Below are positions 18,746 to 28,268 of a stretch of DNA of 64,000 nucleotides, piece after piece. A model generated the notes under the pieces. It worked only from the letters and a program-made list of their open reading frames with translations. It searched no databases and was not told where the DNA came from. Location: the NCBI GenBank assembly GCA_963732705.1, contig CAVTAN010000006.1, forward strand, positions 286,073 to 350,072, read 5' to 3'. How positions within the stretch are numbered: the stretch's first letter is position 1; each line of letters starts with the position of its first letter. The position numbers and the translations under genes were made by a program. This stretch comes from an uncultured Acidobacteriota bacterium (GTDB lineage Bacteria > Acidobacteriota > Terriglobia > Acidiferrales > UBA7541).

Positions 18746-19465
18746 TCACAGTGCCACCGTAAGTTCCACCGGCACTGTCGCGGGAATGCGCGAACCCGCC
18801 AGTGGCGTCTGATCGACGACCGCGCCGTGGGGCCATTGTGGAGCCGTCACGTAATTTACCTTGCGGCGCAGATTCGCGGCATCCAAGCGGTGCTGCGCGT
18901 CGCTTTCATTGAGGCCCACCAGGTGGGGCATGACGTAGGCCTTATCGCGATCGCCTTGCGATACGAGGACGTCGACACGGGGGGTGGCCGCCCCGGTACC
19001 CGCTTTCGGATTCTGGATCACCACCGTGTCAGGCGGTTCATTGGGCAGCGTGATGTTCGATACTTCGCCAATTTGCAGCCCAGCCCGCAACATCTCGATG
19101 CGGGAAATCCGCAGCGTCGTTCCTTCCAATCGCGGAATTGTGAGTTGGCGTTGCCCCAGGCTCAGTACCACATGGGCCTGCTGGGACACCTTCATCAATA
19201 AGCCGGCCGTCGGCGTTTGTCGCACTACTACATTTGCGGCCTGTTCGCTATATACACGGTCGGCCACGCGCAGCACCAGTCCGCGAGAACCCAGCAGGGA
19301 ACTCGCTTCACCCGCGCTTTTGCCCACCAGATTGGGCATCACCACTTCGCGTCCGTGAATTGCGATGCGCATGGCCGTGATGCCGCTCAAAAACGCCGCC
19401 GACGCCAGAATAAACACCAGCAGCGACATCCGCCCCAGCCATTCCAATCGTTCACGTAGCGTCAT
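18746..19465 (-). CDS. Membrane-anchored protein with three PASTA domains and no kinase domain
   Basis: N-terminal TM; MPNLVG/IPRLEG/MPHLVG repeats each followed by VV.Q.P.AG and V.VS.G. Confidence 0.9.
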   Translation of the reverse strand: MTLRERLEWLGRMSLLVFILASAAFLSGITAMRIAIHGREVVMPNLVGKSAGEASSLLGSRGLVLRVADRVYSEQAANVVVRQTPTAGLLMKVSQQAHVVLSLGQRQLTIPRLEGTTLRISRIEMLRAGLQIGEVSNITLPNEPPDTVVIQNPKAGTGAATPRVDVLVSQGDRDKAYVMPHLVGLNESDAQHRLDAANLRRKVNYVTAPQWPHGAVVDQTPLAGSRIPATVPVELTVAL

Positions 19466-19534
19466 GAGCTATTCGAGAACTGCTTCGACCCAGAAACTGC
19501 TTCAAGCCAGAGATTGTTCAATAAATATTTACCG

Positions 19535-21331
19535 CTAGCGATCCGTGAAAGCCTTGGCCTTGCCGCCCGCGTTTGCTCCCGAAGCCGAGAGTGGTGGGGC
19601 AGGATATTCCGGCAATTTGTCTTTACTGGTGTCGGCACGCTTCACTTCCAACTCCCCGAATAGCAGTGATGGACTCACGATGGTCGTCGGCGCACCCATC
19701 GACCGATTGCTTACCAGCGGATCATTTCCCGCTGCGATAAGATCGCTACGCATCGCGCGCACATCCAGTTCACTGAACACCGCTCCGCGCACCAGCTCTT
19801 CGTGACCGTCCTTGGCATAAACGCGATAAAGCAGTCGCGGAGTGTTCCCCGGCCCCAGCGTATCCACCCGGTAGGCGTACGGCAGCCCCTGATCCTTCAC
19901 GATCTGGATTGCGCGCGCCCGCAACGCTTCGGGCGTTTGAGGCTCGGAAGACTTCAGTATAAGCACACCAAGGCCCGCACTCGGAAACACTCCCGGCCCC
20001 GCTCGTCCGTGCCCGTTGGACTCCGGAAAATCGCGGATCGGCTGGCGGCCCAGCAGGTAATTTGTCAGCGTTCCATTGTCGATTACCGTAACCCGCTGGG
20101 CTTTCACTCCTTCGCTATCCACGTCGTAACTTCCTACCGTGGTCTTACTTGCAAATTCCTTCATTGTGGGATCGTCCACCACACTCAAGAAATCCGGCAG
20201 CACGCGAGTTTTGTAACTCGACGCAAACGAACCCGTAGTGCGATTCGGCTTCCCCAGTTGCGGCTTGCGTCCCACCACATTTTGTCCGATCAAGGAAGCC
20301 ACCACGTCGTCGGCGGCATCTGGCGCGAACAATACCGGCCCGCGGTATTCCTCTTCCACAATCGGCGCATTCCGCAAGGCCACAACGGTATCCAGAGTTT
20401 TCCTGGCGTCCGCCAGAAGCGTCTCACGGCTTGGCAATTCTTCCGCTCGAGCCACCATGTAAGCCGGGTTGCGGGAAACCCGCATGCCGTCCGCTGCTTG
20501 GGCCGCGTTATTCAGTTGCAGGCTGTAGGTGGAGTGGCCGTCCCGTGTAACCGTCCCTTCCGAATTTACAAAGTATTCGTTGACGCCCGTAAACCGCGCG
20601 GAGGCCGTTGAAGTCTGCACGTCCGGATATTGCTTATATAAATCGGTGACTTCTTCGAGCGTCTTTTTCCAATCCTTCTCATCCAGCTTCAAAGCGGTTA
20701 CCGGGCGCACGGCAATCACCACCGGCACCTTGGCAAAATCGTCCACCGGGCTGGGATCGGCACTGAACTGCTTCATCGCCGCTTGTTTTTCCGCGTACGC
20801 TTGACCGGCGCTCTTGTAGGCGTCGTCGGTTGCCGACCAGATCTGGTGCCGCAGCGCAATCGCATCGTTATCCAGCGGCAAAATATTTGTTTCGCCCACA
20901 CCTTGCCCAAAATAACTATCTTGCTTGTAGTCGCCGATACGCACTACAACCCGCAAAATGCGCACATGCACGCGTTGGCTCTGCACCAGCGCTCCGAACG
21001 CCGCCTCTGCGCTGTAGTCGTCCACATCGTTTACCCGATACTCGATGTAGTACGGAGCCTGCACCTGATCCATCTTCAAATGCGTGTACGAGCGGGTCAG
21101 TTCCGTCAGCAACGCTTCCAGCAGCGCGTCACCCTTTGCCGCGGCGGTTGCTGCCGCCATCGCAGTCTCGTTGATCGCCCTGCTATCCGCGACCGCATTC
21201 GTATCCCCGCCGATGGGCGACGAACCCGCCGCGTTGCCATACACAGCTGAGCCCAAAAACAACACCGCGCCAAACAAGCTTGCACTCAGCCATACGCCAG
21301 CCTGCGCGGTTGTTCCGCAAGTGGCCCTCAT
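19535..21331 (-). CDS. TldD/PmbA-family protein, non-catalytic (TldE-like), signal peptide
   Basis: Y.GPVLF, VVDDPT, YDVDSEG, SNGHGR, SPSLLF; no HExxH; ATGA overlap with upstream paralog. Confidence 0.85.
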   Translation of the reverse strand: MRATCGTTAQAGVWLSASLFGAVLFLGSAVYGNAAGSSPIGGDTNAVADSRAINETAMAAATAAAKGDALLEALLTELTRSYTHLKMDQVQAPYYIEYRVNDVDDYSAEAAFGALVQSQRVHVRILRVVVRIGDYKQDSYFGQGVGETNILPLDNDAIALRHQIWSATDDAYKSAGQAYAEKQAAMKQFSADPSPVDDFAKVPVVIAVRPVTALKLDEKDWKKTLEEVTDLYKQYPDVQTSTASARFTGVNEYFVNSEGTVTRDGHSTYSLQLNNAAQAADGMRVSRNPAYMVARAEELPSRETLLADARKTLDTVVALRNAPIVEEEYRGPVLFAPDAADDVVASLIGQNVVGRKPQLGKPNRTTGSFASSYKTRVLPDFLSVVDDPTMKEFASKTTVGSYDVDSEGVKAQRVTVIDNGTLTNYLLGRQPIRDFPESNGHGRAGPGVFPSAGLGVLILKSSEPQTPEALRARAIQIVKDQGLPYAYRVDTLGPGNTPRLLYRVYAKDGHEELVRGAVFSELDVRAMRSDLIAAGNDPLVSNRSMGAPTTIVSPSLLFGELEVKRADTSKDKLPEYPAPPLSASGANAGGKAKAFTDR

Positions 21332-23220
21332 GGCTTCGCTCCTGGCGCCGCGGGGGACGAAGTGTTCTGCGCCGCCACCGCTGGCGCGGCATCTTCAAAT
21401 CCCGGTGGAGGCAAAATCGGCGGCCGCTCATGCGCGTGGGCTCGCTTTTGCACTTCCATCTCCGAAAAAATAATCGCCGGAGCCACCGCTGCTACCGGCA
21501 CGCTTCCACTTTCTGCTCCGCAAATCCCGTTGAACACGTGCTCCTGGTCGCCGGTCGCGACAATGCGCGTCAACGCCGCCAGCGGAGTTCCAACAATATC
21601 CACGCCGCGCACCAGTTCATCGGGCCGACCGTCCACATACACCTTGTAAACAATCACCGGCAGCACCTGAAACGCCTGCGGCAATGAGCGGGTGGTCAAC
21701 GTAAACCCGCCCTGAATATCGTCGAAATATAAACCGTAGGGCTTGCCCTGCTTCTTCACTTCATCGATCAATTTTTGCCGCATCTCTTTTTCCGGCACCG
21801 TCTGACTGGAGGTCACAATCAAATTTCCCTGACGCCCAGTAGGCATCAGCCCCGGTTGATTTCGTCCGTGGCCATTGGAAACGCCAAAATCCTTGATCGG
21901 CATGCGGGACATTAGAAAATTCTTCAGCACTCCATTTTGAATTACGTCCACGCGCTGCGCCGGTGTGCCTTCGTTATCGAAGTCATACGAGCCCGCCAGC
22001 TTCACGTCGCCCATTTGTTTCGTGGTTGGATCGTCGGTCACGCTCAGGAACTTCGGCAGCACTTCCTGTCCGACCATCTTCGTAAAGGTTTGTCCTTCTT
22101 CCTCGTCGCGCTGCCGGTGGCCTTCCAGTCGGTGGCCCAGCACCTCATGAAAGAACACCGCGGCCGCCCGGCCACTCAATAGCGATGGCCCGTCGTATGG
22201 CTCCGCCACAGGAGCGGCGCGCAAATCCTTCAGGTCCGCGGCCATTTTCTCGATCTTGGCGGCCAATTCCGCTTCTGCAGGCAGTCCCTTGGCGCTGGGG
22301 GCCTGGAAAGTCTCGACGCGCAGCAACTCCATCCCATCCGCGGCGCGTGTCTGTGCTTCCATGATCAATCGCGTTGAAGCGCTCGGCGTCACCACCGCGC
22401 TACCTTCGCTGGTGACCATCCGGGCATTCGAATTCTGCACCTGCAACATCACGCTTCCGAAGTACACCTCCGGATATTTTCGGAAAATTGCGGAAAGTCT
22501 CTTGATCTCGCCTTCCCAGGTTGCGCGATCCAGAGTGACGGGAACCTTGGCTTCTCCAATGTGCGTGGCGGAGGCCTCTTTTGAAAAGTCCGGAGACTTA
22601 TCTTCTTCTTCCGCCCGCACCGCGGTGTTGGTCCGCACATTCATCAGCGAAGGCACCGCGCGCTTGTATTCCCGGTCGGTTAGCTCCCACAACACGCGCC
22701 CAATGGCGTCCTGGTCATCGGAAAGCGGCAAGGCTCCGGAGGTAACCCCGCTCGCGCGGCTCTGCCCGTGAGTGTTATCCAAAGCCGGGGAACCCACCCG
22801 CATCGTTACGTCCGCCTGCCGCCGCTTGGCCGCCGCGTCCGTCAGCAGGCTCCCGTACGCGCCCACCAGGACCACAAAATCCTGGTCGTACACGGTGTAG
22901 CTCAGGTAGTACGGAGCCTGGTCGGTCTTCCCTAGTTCCGTGCTGGCCCGTGAAAGTTCCGTCCGCATCACCTGCAGCACTGGATCGTTCGATTTCTTCG
23001 CGTCGACAACCGCTGAGGTGTTTGAAGCCGCGCCAGAATGCTCACCGCTGGGATTCGCTCCGCGACCGGCCTTTGCCGATTCTTCCGCTCCACTTGCCGC
23101 AAAAGTCCCCGGGGCCACCGCCAGTTGCGCGCAGACCACGCCACAGGCCGCCACGCGCAAAAATTCCGCTACCCAGACACTCGTACGTCCAGAGCTATTC
23201 GATGAACCGGAACTAAACAT
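21328..23220 (-). CDS. TldD-family metalloprotease, catalytic subunit, signal peptide
   Basis: HEVLGHRLEG metal motif, FDNEG, SNGHGR, C-terminal CGAESG; ATG at 23220 with GGAG upstream. Confidence 0.88.
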   Translation of the reverse strand: MFSSGSSNSSGRTSVWVAEFLRVAACGVVCAQLAVAPGTFAASGAEESAKAGRGANPSGEHSGAASNTSAVVDAKKSNDPVLQVMRTELSRASTELGKTDQAPYYLSYTVYDQDFVVLVGAYGSLLTDAAAKRRQADVTMRVGSPALDNTHGQSRASGVTSGALPLSDDQDAIGRVLWELTDREYKRAVPSLMNVRTNTAVRAEEEDKSPDFSKEASATHIGEAKVPVTLDRATWEGEIKRLSAIFRKYPEVYFGSVMLQVQNSNARMVTSEGSAVVTPSASTRLIMEAQTRAADGMELLRVETFQAPSAKGLPAEAELAAKIEKMAADLKDLRAAPVAEPYDGPSLLSGRAAAVFFHEVLGHRLEGHRQRDEEEGQTFTKMVGQEVLPKFLSVTDDPTTKQMGDVKLAGSYDFDNEGTPAQRVDVIQNGVLKNFLMSRMPIKDFGVSNGHGRNQPGLMPTGRQGNLIVTSSQTVPEKEMRQKLIDEVKKQGKPYGLYFDDIQGGFTLTTRSLPQAFQVLPVIVYKVYVDGRPDELVRGVDIVGTPLAALTRIVATGDQEHVFNGICGAESGSVPVAAVAPAIIFSEMEVQKRAHAHERPPILPPPGFEDAAPAVAAQNTSSPAAPGAKP

Positions 23221-23317
23221 GAATGGTGTACTCCGATCGGCTTGAACGCTTCGAATCGTTATTCGCAATGAAACAGTGGAGAAGCCGAGTATGCCTCAGC
23301 ACTAAGGCTGGCGCAAT

Positions 23318-24259
23318 TTAACTGTGGCCAAAGTGTTCTTCCGCGGTAAGTCGTGCGCCATTTACAAACTCTTCCGCGGAGACCTCCGCACGTCCTTCCA
23401 GTTTGACGGTCAGAACTCTTAAAACGGTTGTGTCCCCGCAGGCCACTCGCAATTCGCCGCCCTCCCCTAACAACAGGGTCCCCGGCTCAGCCGAGGTATG
23501 TTCTTCGGGAAGCGGCTCGCCCCAAAGTTGGCAGGTCTTGTCTCGGAAGGTCGTGAAGGCCCCCGGCCAGGGATTGAATCCTCTCATGCGATTGTAGATT
23601 TCCCGGGCCCGCCTCCCCCAGTCGATGCGGCCATCCTGCTTCTTGAGCAATGGCGCGTAGGTTGCCAACGCATCGTTTTGCTTCTTGGTCGTCACTGCTC
23701 CGTCGGCTAGTCCCCGGAGGGTCTCCATCATTAGCACTGCACCCGCCTCAGACATCCGCTTGCTGAGCTCCGGTGCCTTCTCATCGGGCAGAATATCAGT
23801 CTCTTCTTGCAGCAGCATGTCCCCGGTATCCATGCCCGCATCGATACGCATGGTGGTCAACCCGGTTTTGGTTTCCCCGTTAGCGATAGCCCAATGAATT
23901 GGCGCTGCTCCGCGATACTTGGGCAGCAGGGAACCGTGCAGGTTAATCCACCCGCAGCGTGAGATCGGCAGCAGGCTGGCAGGGATGATTTGTCCATAAG
24001 CAATAATTACGAAGCACTCGGGCTTGAAGGATTGCAATACCTCGGCAGCGTCGGGAGCGCGTATCTTCAACGGCTGGCGCACCGGCACTCCGGCCGCCAG
24101 CGCCGCCTCCTTTACCGGTGAAAACGAAACTTCCTGCCCGCGTCCGCGGGGCCGGTCCGGCTGGGTGATTACCGCGACCACCTGATGCGCGGGATCGGCC
24201 AGTAGCGCTTTCAAGGTAGGCACAGCAAATGCCGGCGTGCCACAAAATACAATCCGCAT
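23318..24259 (-). CDS. fmt: Methionyl-tRNA formyltransferase
   Basis: FCGTPAFA, TQPDRPRGRG, NLHGSLLPKYRGAAPI, MDTGD, PWPGA. Confidence 0.97.
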   Translation of the reverse strand: MRIVFCGTPAFAVPTLKALLADPAHQVVAVITQPDRPRGRGQEVSFSPVKEAALAAGVPVRQPLKIRAPDAAEVLQSFKPECFVIIAYGQIIPASLLPISRCGWINLHGSLLPKYRGAAPIHWAIANGETKTGLTTMRIDAGMDTGDMLLQEETDILPDEKAPELSKRMSEAGAVLMMETLRGLADGAVTTKKQNDALATYAPLLKKQDGRIDWGRRAREIYNRMRGFNPWPGAFTTFRDKTCQLWGEPLPEEHTSAEPGTLLLGEGGELRVACGDTTVLRVLTVKLEGRAEVSAEEFVNGARLTAEEHFGHS

Positions 24260-24452
24260 GCGCTCCCGCTTCCGAAAAAAGCGAAGAATTCGGCTTCCAT
24301 GTGACGCGAAAGCCTACTGTGAAGTTACGACAGCAGCGGGGTAGTTTGGCAGCTATTTGGCCGGAATAATCGCAATGAGTAAATATATCGTCGGTATTTA
24401 GCGGTGGGCTGCTGGATAGGACGATACGCGGGAATCAGCCTTCGATTCCGAT

Positions 24453-26123
24453 TCAAAGGCTTGCTATCTGTTCTTTGGCCTCAATCAGTTCAGGCCTTCC
24501 GCTCTTGTCTGCTGCAGCGCACACTCTAATTAATTCAGAAAAATATTTTCGAACGGCCGCGCCATCCCCGCTGAGCTGAGCGGCATGTGCCGCTCCATAT
24601 AATGCCCGGAATCGCCCCGGTTCCTTTTTTAGCGTCGCTTCAAACTGCTCCAATGCCTGCGCCGGGTCCTTCATCTGCAGCAACATCTCCCCCAGCAATT
24701 CGCGCGCGGGCGCCAGCGGTCCTGGGGTCACCGCGCTTTTCTCGATGCCGTCTTCCAATTCCGCTGCCAGTTTCATCTGCCGCAGCGCTTCTTCTTTCCT
24801 ACCGGCCGCGAGTGCCGCCCAAGCCCCGACGGCTACCTCTTGGATTTTCACTTGCTGCGCCCAGTAAGTTTCGTTGGCTTTCATCAGGCGCTCTTTAAGC
24901 TGTCGCAGCGCTGTCGCAGATTCATTCGCCACCTCCGCTTGACCCATTCGGGCCGCTCCGAGCCCGCGCGCGAACCATGTCATCGCCTCCGTGTAGGGAA
25001 ACGGTGTCTCTCGCGGCACGAGTGCCACGGCCTGCTTCCAGTCCTGACGCTCCAGCGCGTACCGCGCCGGCATTGCCGCCAGCGCGAAGTATCCCGCCGA
25101 GGGTCCGCCGGCGCCGGACAACACCGCCTTCGCATCAAATCGCGCTGCGATCTCCGCGAGGGAACTCACCATTCGCCCGGCTGCCTGGTCCTGGCCGGTT
25201 TGCAGATACGCATAAATCTGGTAATCGCTGGCGTGCAATTCTTCTGCGGTCTGTCCCTCGCGTCGCGCTGCCGCCGCTGCGGCGATGTTGCTTTCGATAG
25301 ACTCCTGCCAATACCCCGTGCGCGTGAAGGTATGCGAGGGCATGTGCAAAGCGTGCGGTGCATCGGGAGCAATTTCCGAGTAGCGCCGCGCCGCCGCCAA
25401 TCCTCGCCCCGCCAGCGCGGGCACGTCGTAGGTATGGATGATGTAGTGCGCGAGGCCCGGATGCGCCGGTTCCTCCGCGAACAATTTTTCCAAAATTGCT
25501 CCAGCCTGGAGCCGCCCGGCGTACGTCTTATCGGCGGGATCCTCCGAAGCGGCTATCGCCAGAGCGTAGAATATTTCGGCTTCGTGATCGTCCGGATATT
25601 TCGCCGCCACCGCTCCCATGGCGTCGCGGTAAGCCATTAAACGCGTTTGCTGCGGCACGCTCTCAAAGTTTTCATACAACTTGCCGACCGCTGCGATGTA
25701 GGCCTTTTCCCGCTGCGTTTTTACTGCCGTGTTGTTGCCTCGTTCGACATTCTCGCGCCCGGCCTGCAATTGCTTGCTGTCTTTAGCTCCCAGTGCGAAG
25801 GGATTGCTCCAATCGCTCAGCGCAATTCCCCAGTAAGCGATCCCGCAAGTCGGGTCCTGCTTCAGAGCTGAGTTGAACCCTTCTACTGCGCGGCTGAACT
25901 GAAAAGAATGCAGCAACGCAACGGCGTGGTTGAATTCCTTCTGGGCCCCCTCGTTGCAGGAAGTGGCAAAGTGCACCGTGCCCAGTTTGCCGCCATCCAC
26001 AGCGTGCTGATGCTCCTGAGCTTGCCCGCCGGCCACTGCCGCCAAGAGCAACAGTATTCCCGCAATGATCTTCACCGTAGAAGCGGTGACAACATGCTTG
26101 GATAACTGAGGAGTTCCGCTCAT
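24453..26123 (-). CDS. Exported TPR-repeat hypothetical protein
   Basis: Signal peptide then LGTVHF.TSC, HPGLAHYIIH.YD, HALHMPSH.F motifs; ATGA overlap with DinB gene. Confidence 0.8.
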   Translation of the reverse strand: MSGTPQLSKHVVTASTVKIIAGILLLLAAVAGGQAQEHQHAVDGGKLGTVHFATSCNEGAQKEFNHAVALLHSFQFSRAVEGFNSALKQDPTCGIAYWGIALSDWSNPFALGAKDSKQLQAGRENVERGNNTAVKTQREKAYIAAVGKLYENFESVPQQTRLMAYRDAMGAVAAKYPDDHEAEIFYALAIAASEDPADKTYAGRLQAGAILEKLFAEEPAHPGLAHYIIHTYDVPALAGRGLAAARRYSEIAPDAPHALHMPSHTFTRTGYWQESIESNIAAAAAARREGQTAEELHASDYQIYAYLQTGQDQAAGRMVSSLAEIAARFDAKAVLSGAGGPSAGYFALAAMPARYALERQDWKQAVALVPRETPFPYTEAMTWFARGLGAARMGQAEVANESATALRQLKERLMKANETYWAQQVKIQEVAVGAWAALAAGRKEEALRQMKLAAELEDGIEKSAVTPGPLAPARELLGEMLLQMKDPAQALEQFEATLKKEPGRFRALYGAAHAAQLSGDGAAVRKYFSELIRVCAAADKSGRPELIEAKEQIASL

Positions 26124-26626
26124 TTCTTGTCCATCCACACCCGCCACGTGATCGGTCCCGCTGCTTTATCGCTTATTGGGTAGCCTGCCAACTTGAGCGC
26201 CAATTTAATCTGCCCGTGGTGATAGCCTTCGTGCCAGATCATGTGCTGCAGCAGCAGAATGGGATGATCGTAGTGCACGTCCATTTCCCGCCCAGCCTGC
26301 AATCTGCTTTTCACGGCATCGCGCACCACCTTGGCGCTATCGTTCAGCATTCCGGCGATGCGATGGGCGTCGCGCTCCACCGCCCACTCTTCCTTGGGCA
26401 GTGTACTGGCGCATTCTCGAGCATCTTCCTCGACAAACACGAGGCGCACATAGTGAATGTGCGTGAACATTTCCGCGACGGATGGGCTGCCCTGCATTGT
26501 CTTGGCCGCAAGCCCGCCTTCTGGCACAGCGTGCAGCAGATTTACGAGGATGGCGTTATTGCGGTCCCACGAATTCAGCAAGACTTCCAGCAAGCCATCG
26601 TCCGTAGCGTTGAGTGCTTGAGACAT
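26120..26626 (-). CDS. DinB/YfiT family protein
   Basis: HIHYVR and HEGYHHGQ metal-binding histidines; GAGG SD upstream. Confidence 0.88.
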   Translation of the reverse strand: MSQALNATDDGLLEVLLNSWDRNNAILVNLLHAVPEGGLAAKTMQGSPSVAEMFTHIHYVRLVFVEEDARECASTLPKEEWAVERDAHRIAGMLNDSAKVVRDAVKSRLQAGREMDVHYDHPILLLQHMIWHEGYHHGQIKLALKLAGYPISDKAAGPITWRVWMDKK

Positions 26627-26759
26627 GTTCGTACCGCCTCGGTTAAAAGAACGCGCCGATCTGGCGGCCGTGGCCGCCGGGCAAATAATCGCAGCGAATT
26701 ATATATGCTCATTTGGAATGACGCTGGGCGCGATGTAGCTCTCGGAATAGTTTTAGAGG

Positions 26760-27545
26760 CTATGGTTTGTAACCTAGAAAGACAATGTGGCGACCACCGC
26801 GGCCTCCTTCGCGAACACGCACCCGCTCCACACGGACACCGAATCCTGCGGACCGCAACCGCTGCTCAAATTTGGCGTCCGGTTTCGCCGCCCACAGCGC
26901 CAGCACGCCGTGCGCTTTGAGCGCGGTGTGAGCGGTGGCTATTCCGTGGTCGTTATAGAGCGCGTTGTTCCCCGAGGTCGTAAGACCGTCCGGTCCGTTG
27001 TCTACGTCCAATAAAATTGCATCGAATTCTCTGGCGCTTGCGTTGAGTGTGTCGGCGACGTCGCTAATTTCTATCCGCACGCGGTCGGCGCGCAGCGGGT
27101 ATCCCGCCAAGGGTCCCAGCGGTCCGCGGTTCCACTCGAGTACCGCGCCTAGCAGTTCAGCGACTACCACGGTGGCGTCTGCTGGAAGAACATCGAGCGC
27201 GGCGCGGAGCGTGAACCCCATTCCCAGTCCGCCGACAAGTACGTGCGGCCGCTTTAGAGCCTTAGCGCGTTCGCATGCCAATGCGGCCAGCGTTTCCTCC
27301 GAGCCGTGCATCCGGCTGGACATAAGCACCGCGTCGCCCGCGAGGATCAAATAATCGTCGCCGCGACGCACCAGCTTCAGGACCGCGCCATCCGGCGCAG
27401 TCGCCTGCCCAAGTAACTCCGAAGGTTTCACCAGCTCAATTCTACTGATATCCGGTTGGACAAAGTGGGGCGTCCTGAGGGCTAAGGCGGAGTTCGGGTC
27501 GTTCGACTCGCTGCTATGACTGGCCGAAGAAGACAATTCGGGCAT
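26760..27545 (-). CDS. Spermidine synthase-like SAM-dependent methyltransferase (true start may be downstream)
   Basis: LMSSR.HGSE, VLVGGLGMGFT, ILLDVDNGP. Confidence 0.8.
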   Translation of the reverse strand: MPELSSSASHSSESNDPNSALALRTPHFVQPDISRIELVKPSELLGQATAPDGAVLKLVRRGDDYLILAGDAVLMSSRMHGSEETLAALACERAKALKRPHVLVGGLGMGFTLRAALDVLPADATVVVAELLGAVLEWNRGPLGPLAGYPLRADRVRIEISDVADTLNASAREFDAILLDVDNGPDGLTTSGNNALYNDHGIATAHTALKAHGVLALWAAKPDAKFEQRLRSAGFGVRVERVRVREGGRGGRHIVFLGYKP

Positions 27546-27674
27546 TGTTGGCCGCTAGACTCTTGGTTCGAACCGCGGCACCAGCGACGGTCACCGGGCT
27601 GACGGAACGTGGGGTTATCTAAAGTGGGAGTTCCAAGCTCAGACAAAACTTTGCGGATCAGGTTACCTTTGGCG

Positions 27675-28268
27675 CTACCACTCACCCAGTTTCCGCAACT
27701 TCTTGATCTTTCGCCGGATCAAATCCCGTTTCAGCATGCTCAGATGCTGGATAAATAAAATTCCGTTTAAATGATCGATCTCGTGGCAAAACGCCCGCGC
27801 CAGCAAGTCCTCGCCGCGGATCTCATATTCCTCGCCCTTGGCGTTCTGCGCTTTCACGGTCACAAATTGCGGACGCACTACGTACCCGCGAAATCCGGGA
27901 ATCGATAAACAGCCTTCTTCCTCGCGTTTCTCACCTTCGGCGTGAATAATCTCCGGATTAATCAGCACAATCTTCGCTTCCGGATTTTTCCCCGCCGTCA
28001 CATCCACCACCGTAATGCGAATATTCTTCCCGATCTGTGGCGCCGCCAAGCCCACGCCTTGCGCGGCGTACATCGAGGCAAACATATCCTCGGTCAACTC
28101 TTGCAGCTCGTCATCAAACTTTGTGATTGCCGCCGAAGGCTTTTCCAGGATCGGATCGCCATACTTCACAATGGAATAAATTTTGCGCGCAGGCCCGGGC
28201 GGAACTACCGGAGTGGTTCCCTCCGTGGTCTCCGTGAATGCTTCAGAACTCGTCAATTTGTCGGCCAT
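27675..28268 (-). CDS. def: Peptide deformylase
   Basis: GVGLAAPQ, EGCLS, HEIDHLNG. Confidence 0.97.
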   Translation of the reverse strand: MADKLTSSEAFTETTEGTTPVVPPGPARKIYSIVKYGDPILEKPSAAITKFDDELQELTEDMFASMYAAQGVGLAAPQIGKNIRITVVDVTAGKNPEAKIVLINPEIIHAEGEKREEEGCLSIPGFRGYVVRPQFVTVKAQNAKGEEYEIRGEDLLARAFCHEIDHLNGILFIQHLSMLKRDLIRRKIKKLRKLGEW

